Source of the DNA: Rhodobacterales bacterium
Lineage (GTDB): Bacteria; Pseudomonadota; Alphaproteobacteria; Rhodobacterales; Rhodobacteraceae
DNA: 64,000 nucleotides
Direction: 5' to 3'
Assembly: GCA_031425325.1 (NCBI GenBank)
Contig: JANPJD010000064.1
Span: 15,940 to 79,939, forward strand
The notes beneath the pieces were generated by a model, which had not been told where the DNA came from, did not search any database, and worked only from the letters and a program-made list of their open reading frames with translations. Positions 19,081 through 31,360 of this stretch are shown piece after piece. Both the position numbers and the translations under genes were made by a program. Each line of letters starts with the position of its first letter. Position 1 is the first letter of the stretch.

Positions 19081-19551
19081 ATGCGGCTGACGACGCGACA
19101 AGACATCGACCTTCCGCCCGGCGCGGTCTTTGATGCACTGTCCGACATCCCGAGATGGGAACGGACTGCCAGGGGCCAAGGCGTTAGCGTTGTCCGCACC
19201 GATGCCCTTGGTCCCGCGGGCGGCAGCGGGATGCGCTGGGATGTGACGTTCGACTGGCGCGGCCGAAGACGTCAGGCGGTCGTTGTCCTCGACACGGTCG
19301 AAAGACCGTCGCTCTTGGCACTTTCGGGCGAAGGCGACAGCCTTGCGGTGACGCTGCGGATCGAGGTTCAGGCGCTTGCCGCCGGTCGCAGCCGGCTGAC
19401 CGTCAGGATGGACGTCAGGCCAAGGTCCGTGCTTGCGAGGGTTTTCGTCCATACGCTCCGGCTTGGGCGCGCGCGCCTCGAAGCGCGCTTTCGCGACCGC
19501 GTCGCCACGATGGCGGCCGGGATCGAGCGCGACGCGGCGGGCCGCACCTAA
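19081..19551 (+). CDS. SRPBCC (START/polyketide-cyclase-like) family protein
   Basis: MRLTTRQDIDLPPGAVFDALSDIPRWERTA... The size and pattern are typical of the fold. The function is not inferable. Confidence 0.55.
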   Translation: MRLTTRQDIDLPPGAVFDALSDIPRWERTARGQGVSVVRTDALGPAGGSGMRWDVTFDWRGRRRQAVVVLDTVERPSLLALSGEGDSLAVTLRIEVQALAAGRSRLTVRMDVRPRSVLARVFVHTLRLGRARLEARFRDRVATMAAGIERDAAGRT

Positions 19552-20390
19552 AGCCTGCGGGCATTCGCCGGATAGACGCCAAGCACGCTGACCTGGCTGG
19601 TGAAGTAGCGCAGCTCTTCCATCGCCCGGGCGACGTTCGGGTCGTCGGGATGACCCTCGATGTCGGCATAGAACTCGGTCGCGGTGAACGAGCCACCGAT
19701 CAGGTAGCTTTCCAGCTTGGTCATGTTGACGCCGTTCGTCGCAAAGCCGCCCATGGCCTTGTAAAGGGCGGCCGGGATGTTCCTGACGCGGAAGGTCAGC
19801 GTCGTCATCATCCGCTCGGCCCGGCGCGTGTCGTCTGGAGCGGGCGCCATCACAAGGAAGCGGGTCGTGTTGTTCGACTGATCCTCGATCTGGCGGGCAA
19901 GCACGTCGAGCCCGTAGATCTCTCCGGCAAGCTCCGAGGCGAGCGCGCCCGTGGCAGGGTCGGCGCGCTCGGCAACGATCTTGGCCGATCCGGCCGTGTC
20001 CGCGCCGGTCAGCCCGGCGATACCGTGCGACCGCAGGAAGGTCCGGCACTGGCCCAGAAGGACAGTGTGGCTCATCGCCTGCCGGATGTCGGCGATCTTC
20101 GTGCCCGGCAGCCCCAAAAGGTTGATGTGGACCCGGACGAACGCCTCGTCGATGATGTGCAGGCCCGATCCCGGCAGCAGCGAGTGGATGTCGGCCACCC
20201 GCCCGTAGGTCGAGTTCTCGACCGGCAGCATCGCAAGGTCGGCCTCGCCGCGGCGGACCGCCTCGATCGCGTCCTCGAAGGTCCGGCACGGCAGCGCGGT
20301 CATGCCCGGGCGCGCCTGACGGCAGGCTTCGTGGGAATAGGCCCCGAGTTCGCCCTGGAAGGCGATCCGACCGGTCTTCATGACACTCAT
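19548..20390 (-). CDS. pheA: Prephenate dehydratase
   Basis: RIAFQGELGAYSHEAC...LPVENSTYGRVADIHSLL...TRFLVM and a C-terminal ACT-like domain. GGAG SD before ATG 20390. Confidence 0.9.
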   Translation of the reverse strand: MSVMKTGRIAFQGELGAYSHEACRQARPGMTALPCRTFEDAIEAVRRGEADLAMLPVENSTYGRVADIHSLLPGSGLHIIDEAFVRVHINLLGLPGTKIADIRQAMSHTVLLGQCRTFLRSHGIAGLTGADTAGSAKIVAERADPATGALASELAGEIYGLDVLARQIEDQSNNTTRFLVMAPAPDDTRRAERMMTTLTFRVRNIPAALYKAMGGFATNGVNMTKLESYLIGGSFTATEFYADIEGHPDDPNVARAMEELRYFTSQVSVLGVYPANARRL

Positions 20391-20518
20391 CACAGGCTCC
20401 GCCATGGCCCGCCGCACGGGCCGACACCCGCGTCCGGGCGATTGGTCGCGCTACTATACCTTGAAACCCTGCGGGGGAAGCGGGTACATACCTCGCGATT
20501 GATGCAAGGAACCGCCCG

Positions 20519-21037
20519 ATGTTCGACACGATGACCCTCACCAAGGCGCTTGGCTCGTTTTGCGCGTCGCTGCTGGTGTTCCTGCTGGCCGGGTGGGCCG
20601 CGTCGGCGATCTACTATACCGGCGGCGGCCATGGCGAGCATGCCGAGGAACAGGCCTACGCCATCGACACGGGCGAGGCCGAGGTCGCAGAGGTCGCAGA
20701 GGAAGGCCCGCCGCTGGAAGAGCTTCTGGCCGCAGCCGACGTCGGAGCGGGAGAGCGCGTGTTCGCAAAATGTGCCGCCTGCCACAAGGTCGACGGAACG
20801 GACGGGACCGGTCCGCATGTGAACGGCGTGGTCGGCCGCCAGAAGGCGTCTGTGCCGGGCTTTGGATATTCCGAGGTTCTTGTCAGCATGCAGGGCGACG
20901 CATGGACGCCCGAGAACCTCGACGCATTCCTCGAGAACCCGCGCGGCTATGCCCCCGGCACGAAGATGAGCTTCGCCGGGCTTGCACGCCCGGAAGAGCG
21001 GGCGAACCTGATCGCCTGGCTTGCGACCACCCAGTAG
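20519..21037 (+). CDS. Membrane-anchored class I c-type cytochrome (cytochrome c_y / c552-like)
   Basis: N-terminal anchor LGSFCASLLVFLLAGWAASAIYY, acidic Ala/Glu linker, heme site CAACHKV, and GTKMSFAGL (Met ligand). Confidence 0.8.
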   Translation: MFDTMTLTKALGSFCASLLVFLLAGWAASAIYYTGGGHGEHAEEQAYAIDTGEAEVAEVAEEGPPLEELLAAADVGAGERVFAKCAACHKVDGTDGTGPHVNGVVGRQKASVPGFGYSEVLVSMQGDAWTPENLDAFLENPRGYAPGTKMSFAGLARPEERANLIAWLATTQ

Positions 21038-21176
21038 ACCCGGCGTCCGGGCAGGCCCTTGGCGGGGCGGATTGGACACAAGATCGCGACTCGGCAAGGC
21101 GATGCCGTCTCGGGCATCGACAAGGGCTGGGAAACCGTCGGAATGTGAGGCATCGCTTGCCATCGGGGAGAGCCGC

Positions 21177-23078
21177 ATGATCCGTTTCCGCCGCGCCGCC
21201 GCTGACGTTTACGGACAGGGCCCTCGGACAATCGGGCAGCTTCTGGCGCTCGGCCCGGTTCTTTTCCTTCTTGCCGTTTGGCCGGGCAGCGCCTGGTCGC
21301 AGGCGACGATCACGTCGCACGGCATATCGACCTTCGGCGAACTGAAGTATCCGGCGGATTTTCCGCATTTCGACTATGTCGTCCCCGACGCGCCCAAGGG
21401 TGGGCGGATGACCTTCCTGGGAACAGGCGCCAGCCAGACCTTCGACAGCCTCAATCCGTTTATCCTAAAGGGCGAGGCCGCGCAGGGCCTCGGCCTGCTG
21501 TATGACAGCCTGCTGGCGGGCGCGCCGGATGAACCGGATGCCGCCTACGGCCTTCTGGCCGAGTCGCTGGAATTCCCCGAGGATCGAAGCTGGGTGATCT
21601 TCAACATGCGCCCCGAGGCGCGCTTCTCGGACGGCGTGCCGATCACGGCCCAGGATGTAGTCTTCACCTGGCAGGTGCTGCTGGAAAAGGGCGCACCAAG
21701 CTATCAGATCGTGCTCAAGGACATCGCGGCGGTCGAGGCGCTGGGGCCCCATCAGGTCAAGTTCACCTTCCGCGAAGGGGCCTCGACCCGCGATCTTCCG
21801 GCGCTGGCAGGAAGCCTGTCGATCCTGCCCCGGCATTACTACGAGACCGTCGCTTTCGAGGAGTCGACGATGGTGCCCCCGGTTGGCTCGGGGGCCTATG
21901 TCGTGCGGTCGGCCGATCCGGGGCGACGGATCGAGTACTGTCGCAATCCCGATTACTGGGCCGCCGACCTGCCGGTGAATGTGGGGCAATCCAATTTCGA
22001 CTGCTTCGTCTACGAATACTTCGCCGACCGCACCGCCGCCTTCGAGGCGTTCAAGTCCGGCGGCTATCTGTTCCACCAGGAGTTCTCGTCGCTCAACTGG
22101 GCCACGGGCTATGACTTCCCGGCGATCGACAAGGGCTGGGTGATCCGCGACGAGCTTGACGACAACACGCCTTCGGGGACGCAGGGCTTCTGGTTCAACC
22201 TGCGCCGCGAGAAGTTTGCCGACCCCCGTGTGCGTGAGGCCATCGGCCTGATGTTCAACTTCGAATGGACGAACGAGACGCTGTTCTATTCGCTGTACAA
22301 ACGGACCGACAGTTTCTTCGAGAACTCGCCGATGCAAGCCGAAGGGCTGCCCCAGGGCGAAGAGCTTGCCGTTCTCGAGGAGTTCCGCGACCAGCTTGCG
22401 CCCGAGATCTTCACCGAACCGCCCTACAGCCCGCCCGTCAGCGGCACGACGCAGCTTGACCGGGGGAACATGCGCCGCGCCTCGGCGCTGCTGGACGAGG
22501 CCGGATGGGTCGTCGGCGCGGACGGACTTCGGCGCAACGCAGCGGGAGAGACGCTGAGCGTCGAGATCCTGGACGACTCGAAGGTCTTCGACCGGGTTCT
22601 GAACCCCTATGTCCAAAATCTGCGGCGCGTCGGGATCGACGCCCGCTTCTCGCTGATCGACGCCGCGCAGATGCAGCAGCGGCAAGAGGACTTCAACTTC
22701 GACATGATGCCAGGGCGCTTCACGATGAGCTTCAGCCCGTCGCTGGAGCTGCGCCAGTTCTTCTCGTCGGCCGCCGCCGCGACCCCCGGTTCGGTGAACC
22801 TGTCGGGCATCGCCGACCCGGTCGTGGATGCGCTGATTGAACGGGTCATCGCGTCGACGACCCGCGAAGAACTGGACGGTCGCGCCAAGGCGCTCGACCG
22901 GGTCCTGCGGTCCAAGGGGTTGTGGGTGCCGAACTGGTACAGCGGGCAGTATCTGGTCGCCTATTGGGACGTGTTCGGCCAGCCGCCCCAGCAGCCGCCC
23001 TATGCGAGGGGCGACGGGCTGTGGTGGTTCGACACGGCAAGGTTCGACCGGCTGAAGGCCGAGGGCGCGCTGCGCTGA
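21177..23078 (+). CDS. yejA: ABC transporter substrate-binding protein, family 5 (YejA-like peptide/muropeptide binding)
   Basis: Signal peptide ...[14 protein letters not shown], about 630 aa, first gene of a yejABEF-order operon. Confidence 0.8.
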   Translation: MIRFRRAAADVYGQGPRTIGQLLALGPVLFLLAVWPGSAWSQATITSHGISTFGELKYPADFPHFDYVVPDAPKGGRMTFLGTGASQTFDSLNPFILKGEAAQGLGLLYDSLLAGAPDEPDAAYGLLAESLEFPEDRSWVIFNMRPEARFSDGVPITAQDVVFTWQVLLEKGAPSYQIVLKDIAAVEALGPHQVKFTFREGASTRDLPALAGSLSILPRHYYETVAFEESTMVPPVGSGAYVVRSADPGRRIEYCRNPDYWAADLPVNVGQSNFDCFVYEYFADRTAAFEAFKSGGYLFHQEFSSLNWATGYDFPAIDKGWVIRDELDDNTPSGTQGFWFNLRREKFADPRVREAIGLMFNFEWTNETLFYSLYKRTDSFFENSPMQAEGLPQGEELAVLEEFRDQLAPEIFTEPPYSPPVSGTTQLDRGNMRRASALLDEAGWVVGADGLRRNAAGETLSVEILDDSKVFDRVLNPYVQNLRRVGIDARFSLIDAAQMQQRQEDFNFDMMPGRFTMSFSPSLELRQFFSSAAAATPGSVNLSGIADPVVDALIERVIASTTREELDGRAKALDRVLRSKGLWVPNWYSGQYLVAYWDVFGQPPQQPPYARGDGLWWFDTARFDRLKAEGALR

Positions 23079-23079
23079 C

Positions 23080-24159
23080 ATGGGCGCCTACATCCTGAGA
23101 CGCCTGCTGCTGATCGTCCCGACCTTGCTCGGGATCATGGTGATCAACTTCACCCTGACGCAATTCGTGCCGGGCGGACCGATCGAGCAGGTGCTCGCCC
23201 GGCTGGAAGGCGGCGGTGATGCATTCCAGAACATCACCGGCGGCGCGGATGCGGGGATGGAGGCCGGTGGCAGCGGCGAAAGCTACATCGGTTCGCGCGG
23301 CCTGCCGCCCGAGTTCATCGCCGACCTTGAACGGCAGTTCGGCTTCGACAAGCCGCCCGTCGAACGGTTCTTCGAGATGCTCTGGAACTACATGCGCTTC
23401 GACTTCGGCGAGAGTTACTTCCGCTCGATCTCGGTGGTTGACCTCGTTCTGGAGAAGATGCCGGTCTCGATCTCGCTGGGGCTGTGGTCGACGCTGATCG
23501 CCTATCTCGTGTCGATCCCGCTCGGCATCCGCAAGGCGGTGCGCGACGGCTCGTCCTTCGACACATGGACAAGCGGCGCGATCATCGTGGGCTACGCGAT
23601 CCCCGGCTTTCTCTTTGCCATCCTGCTGCTGGTGCTATTCGCGGGCGGGTCCTATCTGCAATGGTTTCCGCTGCGCGGGCTGACCTCGGACAACTGGGAA
23701 GAGTTGTCGCTGGCGGGCAAGATCGGCGACTACATCTGGCACATCACCCTGCCGGTCCTCGCCTCGACGATCAGCGCCTTCGCCACGCTGACGCTGCTGA
23801 CGAAGAACAGCTTTCTCGAAGAGATCAAGAAACAGTACGTCATGACCGCCCGCGCCAAGGGCCTGACCGAAGGCAGGGTGCTTTACGGCCACGTCTTTCG
23901 CAACGCGATGCTGATCGTCATCGCGGGCTTCCCGGCGGTCTTCGTCAGCGTGTTCTTCGGCGGCTCTCTCATCATCGAGACGATCTTCTCGCTCGATGGG
24001 CTCGGGCGGCTGGGGTTCGAGGCGGCCGTCTCGCGCGACTATCCGGTGATCTTCGGCACGCTCTTCTTCTTTGGGCTGTTGGGGTTGCTGATGGGGCTTC
24101 TGTCGGACCTGATGTACGTCTGGATCGACCCGCGCATCGACTTCGAAGGGCGCCGCTGA
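23080..24159 (+). CDS. yejB: ABC transporter permease (YejB-like)
   Basis: [38 protein letters not shown]...[10 protein letters not shown]. Confidence 0.9.
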   Translation: MGAYILRRLLLIVPTLLGIMVINFTLTQFVPGGPIEQVLARLEGGGDAFQNITGGADAGMEAGGSGESYIGSRGLPPEFIADLERQFGFDKPPVERFFEMLWNYMRFDFGESYFRSISVVDLVLEKMPVSISLGLWSTLIAYLVSIPLGIRKAVRDGSSFDTWTSGAIIVGYAIPGFLFAILLLVLFAGGSYLQWFPLRGLTSDNWEELSLAGKIGDYIWHITLPVLASTISAFATLTLLTKNSFLEEIKKQYVMTARAKGLTEGRVLYGHVFRNAMLIVIAGFPAVFVSVFFGGSLIIETIFSLDGLGRLGFEAAVSRDYPVIFGTLFFFGLLGLLMGLLSDLMYVWIDPRIDFEGRR

Positions 24160-25267
24160 TGCGGCTTTCTCCCCTGAACCAGAGGCGGTGGCGGAACTTC
24201 CGTGCCAACCGGCGGGCCTACTGGTCGCTCGTCGTATTCTCGGTCCTGTTCGGGCTGTCGCTGTTCGCCGAGGTGATCGCCAACGACAAGCCGCTTCTCG
24301 TCCGCCATCAGGGCGAGACGTTCTTTCCCATCTGGCGATTCTATCCCGAGACCTCCTTCGGTGGCGATTTCCAGACAGAGGCCATCTACCGCGATGTCGA
24401 GGTGCAATGCCTGATCGTCGCCGCCGGATCGCCCGCCTGCTGGGACGATCCGCAAGGTATCCTGACCGAGGCCACCACCATGGGCACGGTCCTTGGCGAG
24501 CCGGTCGAGGTCGGCCGGATCATCTGGCCGCCGATCCCCTACAGCTTCGATACCGTGAACGACCTTGGCGGGGGAACCGCGCCCTCGGCACCCGATGCGG
24601 CGCACTGGCTTGGTACCGATGACACCGCCCGCGATGTGCTGGCCCGGGTGATCTACGGCTTCCGCCTGTCGGTCGCCTTTGCCCTGATCGTGGCGGCGCT
24701 GACCTCGGTCATCGGGATCGCGGCGGGGGCGGTGCAAGGCTATTTCGGCGGTCTGACCGACCTCATCTTCCAGCGCGTCATCGAGATCTGGGGCGCGACG
24801 CCCAGCCTTTACATCATCATCATCGTGGCCGCGATCGTGCCGATGAACTTCTGGCTTCTCGTGGGCCTCATGGTGCTGTTCGGCTGGACCGCCCTCGTCG
24901 GCGTGGTCCGGGCCGAGTTCCTGCGCGCCCGCAACTTCGAATATGTCCGGGCAGCCCGTGCGCTTGGCGTGCCGGACCGCACGATCATGGTGCGCCATGT
25001 GCTGCCGAACGCCATGGTTGCGACAATCACCATGCTGCCCTTCATCGTGACGGGCACCATCGGCTCGCTCGCGGCACTCGATTTCCTCGGCTTTGGCCTG
25101 CCCTCTTCCTCTCCCTCGCTCGGAGAGCTTACGCTGCAAGCCAAGCAGAACCTCCAGGCCCCCTGGCTGGGGTTCACGGCCTTCTTCGTCTTCGCCATCA
25201 TGCTCAGCCTGATGGTCTTCATCTTCGAGGGCATCCGCGACGCCTTCGACCCGCGAAAGACCTTCGC

Positions 25268-25271
<4 letters not shown>
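24159..25271 (+). CDS. yejE: ABC transporter permease (YejE-like)
   Basis: [27 protein letters not shown]...HWLGTDDTARDVLARVIYG...YVRAARALG. ATG shares 1 nt with the yejB TGA. Confidence 0.9.
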
Positions 25272-26868
<1,597 letters not shown>

Positions 26869-26872
<4 letters not shown>

Positions 26873-28095
26873 AGATCCTTTTCATCCATCAGAACTTTCC
26901 GGGCCAGTTCCTGCACCTCGCCCCCGAGATGCAGCGCCGGGGGCATCAGTGTCTTGCTCTGACCGACGCGGTGAACCAGCGCGCCTTTCCGGTCCCGGTG
27001 GTGCGCTACCGGCACGAGGCGCCGGTCGTCGACCCCGCCGCGACGAGGGCCGGGCGGACCTACACGACGATGACCGACCGCGGGGTGACGGTCGCACGGG
27101 CCGCCCGTCAGTTGCGCGACCGGCAGGGCTATGTGCCGGACGTCATCCTCGGCCATTCGGGTTGGGGCGAGACGCTGTTCCTCAAGGAGATCTGGCCCGA
27201 GGCGCGCCTCGTCATTTATGCCGAGTTCTACTACGGCGGCGCGGGGCGGGACGTCGGCTTCGACCCCGAGTTCGGCGGCCCGTCCCTCGACAGCGCGATG
27301 ATCGCGCAGGGACGCGCCGCGCATCTGGGGCAGGCACTGCTGCACGCCGATGCCGGGATCGTGCCGACGCGCTGGCAGGCATCGACCTTTCCCCCGGCCC
27401 TTCGACCCATGCTCCATGTCCTGCATGACGGGATCGACACCGATCTCGTCCGGCCCGAACACGGCGCGCGCTTCGCCCTGCCCAACGGGCGCGTCCTTTC
27501 CGCGGGCGACGAGGTGCTGACCTTCGTCAGCCGCAACCTCGAACCCTATCGCGGATGGCACATCTTCGCCCGCGCCCTGCCGGGCGTCCTTGCAGCGCGC
27601 CCCGGCGCGCAGGTCGTCATCGTCGGCGGCGACGGCACGAGCTATGGCCCTGCCCCGCGCGAGGGGGGAACATGGAAGCAGCGGCTGCTGGATGAGGTGG
27701 GCGACCGGCTCGACCCTGCGCGGGTGCATTTCGCGGGGCGTCTCGCCTACCGTGACTTCGTGCGGCTGATGCAGGTGACGCGGGTCCACGCCTATCTCAG
27801 CTATCCGTTCGTACTGAGCTGGTCGATGCTCGAGGCGATGGCTGCCGGGGCGGTGGTCGTCGGCTCTCGCACGGCCCCGGTCGAGGAAGTGATCGCCGAC
27901 GGCGTGAACGGCCGGCTGGTCGATTTCTTCGATGTCGAGGGCTGGACCGCGACACTGGCCGAGTGCCTCGCGCGCCCCGATGCAGCCCTTCGCAATGCCG
28001 CCCGACAGACGGTCCTCGACGGCTATGCCCTGCCCGGATGCCTCGACCGGCTGGTGAGGCTTCTGGAAAGCCCGGACCCGGATTTCACTTTGTAG
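26869..28095 (+). CDS. GT4-family glycosyltransferase
   Basis: MKILFIHQNFPGQF... and the C-terminal EX7E-type block SWSMLEAMAAGAVVVGSRTAPVEEVIADGVNGRLV. ATGA overlap with the yejF stop. Confidence 0.8.
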
Positions 28096-28115
28096 AAATA
28101 TCCTCGGGGGCTCCA

Positions 28116-28132
28116 GGGGGCAGACGGCCCCC
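28116..28132. terminator. Short GC hairpin between the convergent GT4 and carboxypeptidase genes
   Basis: gggggc-agacg-gccccc. Confidence 0.3.
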
Positions 28133-28149
28133 CGGTGCTCGCCACAGGC

Positions 28150-29658
28150 TCAGGGCCCCATCGTGAAGCATTGCACCGACCGCGCCTGAAGACGGCGGCA
28201 GGCGAGATCGGCCTGGTCCTGAGTCAATCCCACAAAGTTCGCGTCATAGCCGCCGCTGCGTTCGACGACCTTGCGAAGCCCATCGTTCAGGGTCGTCGTC
28301 TCGGCAAGTGCGGTCTTCAGAAGTTGCCGCTCGGCCGAACTGCGCGAGTCGAACCGTCCGACATTGATGCCCCAATGGCGCCCACCCGAAGTCGAGATGC
28401 GGGTCACCACCTCGGGCGGGGTCGGCACGGTCGCGGGGGCAGGGGCCGCTTCAGCGAACATATCCGCCGGCCTCGGACGGGGCGCGGGCGAGACTGCGGG
28501 GCTGGTCGGCGCGACCGCCACAAGTTGCGGCTGTGCCAGCGCTTCCGCCACTGCGGCATCGGCCTGCGCCACGGTCTCGGCTGCCGAGGTCGCAGTCGGC
28601 GCCGGAGCGGCGGCGCTTGTCTCGACCACCGAGGCTGTCGCCTCGGCAAGGGCCCCGGCGATCCCGTCCTGCATCGCCAGCAACTGCTCTTGCGAGGGCT
28701 GCTCGACCACCGGGCGAACCTTGGGCCGGGGCGAGGTCGTCACGGCCCGGACAAGCCGGATCGTCTTGCCCGCGCCGCCTTCCTCCATCTCGGCCTCGGC
28801 CACCAGCGAGTAATCCGGCGGGTTGGGCTTCTGAACCGGCGCGTTCGCGGGGGCCTCGCCGAACCCGATGTCCAAAAGTTCGGCCATCTTCGCGTTGCGG
28901 TGTGCCGTCGACTTGCCGCCGAACACGGTCGCTATGATCCGCGTGTTGCCGCGCTCGGCCGAGGCGGTCAGGTTGAATCCTGCGGGGTTCGTGTAGCCCG
29001 TCTTGATCCCATCCGCGCCGCGATAGGCATCCAGGAAACGGCGGTTGGTGTTGTTGACCTCGGCCACGCCAGCATCGGTGCTGCGCCGCGAGAAGATGTT
29101 GTAATACTGCGGAAAATCATAGAACAGCCGACGGCCGAGCACGTTCATGTCGCGTGCCGTCGAAAGGTGGCCCTTGGCCGTCAGGCCGTTGGCGTTCTTG
29201 AACGTCGAATCCGTCATGCCCAGCGCGCGGGCTGTCCGGTTCATCCGGTTCGCGAACTTCGGCTCGCTGCCAGAGATCGCCTCGCCGATGGCCGTTGCCG
29301 CGTCGTTCGCCGACTTCACTGCAGCGGCCCGGATCAGGTAGCGCAACTGGATGCGCTGCCCGGCCTTCAACCCCAGTTTCGACGGTGGCTGCGAGGCCGC
29401 ATGCTTCGAAATCTTGACCATCGTGTCGAGCGAGATCTCGCCCCGCTCGACCGCCTCGAACGCGATGTAGAGCGTCAGCATCTTGGTCAGCGACGCGGGA
29501 TGCAACCGCGTCTCGGAGTTGTTCGAGTATAGGACTTCGCCCGAGCGGGCATCCATCACGATGGCCGCGTAGGGCGCGGCACTGGCCGGTTGCGCGACCA
29601 GGGCCAGAACCATGGCCATGAAGAAACTGAAAGCGAAATGCCCAAGACGCGCTGTCAC
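28150..29658 (-). CDS. D-alanyl-D-alanine carboxypeptidase (PBP5/6-type) with a C-terminal SPOR domain
   Basis: PASLTKMLTLYIAFE (SxxK), NANGL and KTGYT motifs. A Pro/Ala linker is followed by the SPOR-like GGRHWGINVGRFDSRSSAERQL...GYDANFVGLTQDQADLACRRL. Confidence 0.85.
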   Translation of the reverse strand: MTARLGHFAFSFFMAMVLALVAQPASAAPYAAIVMDARSGEVLYSNNSETRLHPASLTKMLTLYIAFEAVERGEISLDTMVKISKHAASQPPSKLGLKAGQRIQLRYLIRAAAVKSANDAATAIGEAISGSEPKFANRMNRTARALGMTDSTFKNANGLTAKGHLSTARDMNVLGRRLFYDFPQYYNIFSRRSTDAGVAEVNNTNRRFLDAYRGADGIKTGYTNPAGFNLTASAERGNTRIIATVFGGKSTAHRNAKMAELLDIGFGEAPANAPVQKPNPPDYSLVAEAEMEEGGAGKTIRLVRAVTTSPRPKVRPVVEQPSQEQLLAMQDGIAGALAEATASVVETSAAAPAPTATSAAETVAQADAAVAEALAQPQLVAVAPTSPAVSPAPRPRPADMFAEAAPAPATVPTPPEVVTRISTSGGRHWGINVGRFDSRSSAERQLLKTALAETTTLNDGLRKVVERSGGYDANFVGLTQDQADLACRRLQARSVQCFTMGP

Positions 29659-30001
29659 GTCACCCGTCCTTACCTGCCTCGACGCCCCTATTTTTCTGGG
29701 GCTTTTCTGCTGTCTGACACGCTAGCACAGGGGTCGGCTTGCGAAAACCCCTGTAGTTCAAAGGCCTTGATCTGTTGCGGAATCGCGGCGCACCACGAAA
29801 TGTGGTCTAATCTGTGCCTTGGCGGTCCAGATGATGTGGGTCCGCCGCGCTCAACCGATGCGGGCGGCCCCGCGCAAGGTGCCGCTTCGGCGGATGGGCG
29901 CCCCCCCTTTTCGCCAACCCTCTTTCGCCTATATACTCTCTTTGTCGAACCGCCCCTCCCTCACCTTCGGAGTCTGCCCGTTGCCATACCGTTCCTTGCA
30001 T

Positions 30002-30322
30002 ATGGCTGGCGTACCCGGTGGCGGTGACGGCGAAAGTTCTGTCATCACCAAGACCCGGACGCGGACCGAACGACCGCCGCTTTACAAGGTGATGCTGCTG
30101 AACGACGACTATACCCCGATGGAGTTCGTAGTGCATGTGCTCGAGCGGTTCTTCGGGCTGACCCACGCGCAAGCGTTCGAGATCATGCTGACGGTGCACA
30201 AGAAGGGTCTCGCCGTGGTCGGCGTGTTCTCGTTCGAGGTGGCGGAGACGAAGGTGGCGCAGGTGATGGATTTCGCCCGCCGTCACCAGCATCCGCTGCA
30301 ATGCACCATGGAAAAGGAATAA
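30002..30322 (+). CDS. clpS: ATP-dependent Clp protease adaptor
   Basis: [60 protein letters not shown]. Confidence 0.95.
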   Translation: MAGVPGGGDGESSVITKTRTRTERPPLYKVMLLNDDYTPMEFVVHVLERFFGLTHAQAFEIMLTVHKKGLAVVGVFSFEVAETKVAQVMDFARRHQHPLQCTMEKE

Positions 30323-30341
30323 GGCCGCGCTGCGGTCGCCC

Positions 30342-31334
30342 ATGCGCGGAGCCAGACTGTCCCACGCGCTTGAGACCGGCGCTGTCGCTTTTCCCGACAC
30401 AGGCAGGATTTTTGTCTTTCGCCCCCGCGCGGGCGACGACTTGTCAGCGCTGCCACGGGATCGCGTCACGGTCGTGACCGGCTTTCGCCCCGACTTCGAT
30501 GCCTTCACCACCGAGGGATTTCAGACCCTCGCCGCCGCCGACGGAACGGCCGACGCTGCGCTCGTCTGCCTGCCGAGGGCAAGGGCCGAGGCGAGGGCGC
30601 TGATCGCCGAGGCAGTCGCCCATGTCGCGACCGGGGCGCCGATCTATGTCGACGGACAGAAGACCGACGGCATCGACTCGATCCATCGCGACCTTCGCGC
30701 GCGGGTCGATGTCTCGGCACCCGTCTCGAAGTCGCATGGCAAGATGTTCGGCTTCGCTGCGGTCGATGTGTTCAGCGACTGGGCTGCGACCGAGACCGAG
30801 ATCGAGGGCGGCTTCGTCACCCGGCCCGGTGTGTTTTCGGCCGACGGACCAGATCGCGGATCGGTCCTGCTGGCTGAGCTGCTCCCCGCGAAACTGCCCG
30901 CGAGGGTTGTCGATCTGGGGGCCGGTTGGGGTTATCTTTCGCGCGCAATCCTCGCGCGCGAGGGCGTCAAGCGGCTGGACCTCGTCGAGGCAGAGGCGAC
31001 GGCGCTGGCTTGCGCGAGGTTGAACGTCGTCGATCCGCGGGCCGTCTTTCACTGGGCGGACGCTTCGACCTTCCGGCCGGTGGGGGTGGTAGACACGGTC
31101 GTTTGCAACCCGCCCTTCCATGTCTCGCGTGCCGCAGAGCCAGACCTCGGTGCTGCCTTCATTCGTGCAGCGGCTGCGATGCTTCACCCTGGCGGGGTTC
31201 TCTGGCTCGTGGCCAACCGGCATCTGCCCTATGGCCAGGTGCTTGCCGAAGCCTTCCGCGACGTGCAGGACGTTGCCGGCGACGGAGGGTACAGGGTGAC
31301 CCGCGCCGCCCGTCCCGCCCGCTCGCGCCCATGA
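30342..31334 (+). CDS. Class I SAM-dependent methyltransferase, RsmC/RlmG-like (MTS domain)
   Basis: VVDLGAGWGYLS (SAM motif I) and VVCNPPFH (N-methyltransferase NPPF motif), 330 aa. Confidence 0.75.
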   Translation: MRGARLSHALETGAVAFPDTGRIFVFRPRAGDDLSALPRDRVTVVTGFRPDFDAFTTEGFQTLAAADGTADAALVCLPRARAEARALIAEAVAHVATGAPIYVDGQKTDGIDSIHRDLRARVDVSAPVSKSHGKMFGFAAVDVFSDWAATETEIEGGFVTRPGVFSADGPDRGSVLLAELLPAKLPARVVDLGAGWGYLSRAILAREGVKRLDLVEAEATALACARLNVVDPRAVFHWADASTFRPVGVVDTVVCNPPFHVSRAAEPDLGAAFIRAAAAMLHPGGVLWLVANRHLPYGQVLAEAFRDVQDVAGDGGYRVTRAARPARSRP

Positions 31335-31360
31335 CGACCGGATCAGCTTCGAGGTAACGC

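Noticed and set aside
18364-20544. 726-aa minus-strand ORF
   Set aside because: It overlaps nudC and the SRPBCC gene antisense and pheA out of frame. This is a high-GC artefact.
20640-20710. Short tandem nucleotide repeat (gaggtcgca x2), checked as a possible repeat or CRISPR-like element
   Set aside because: There are only two units, and they lie in frame within the acidic linker of the cytochrome c gene. There is no spacer/repeat architecture anywhere in the window.
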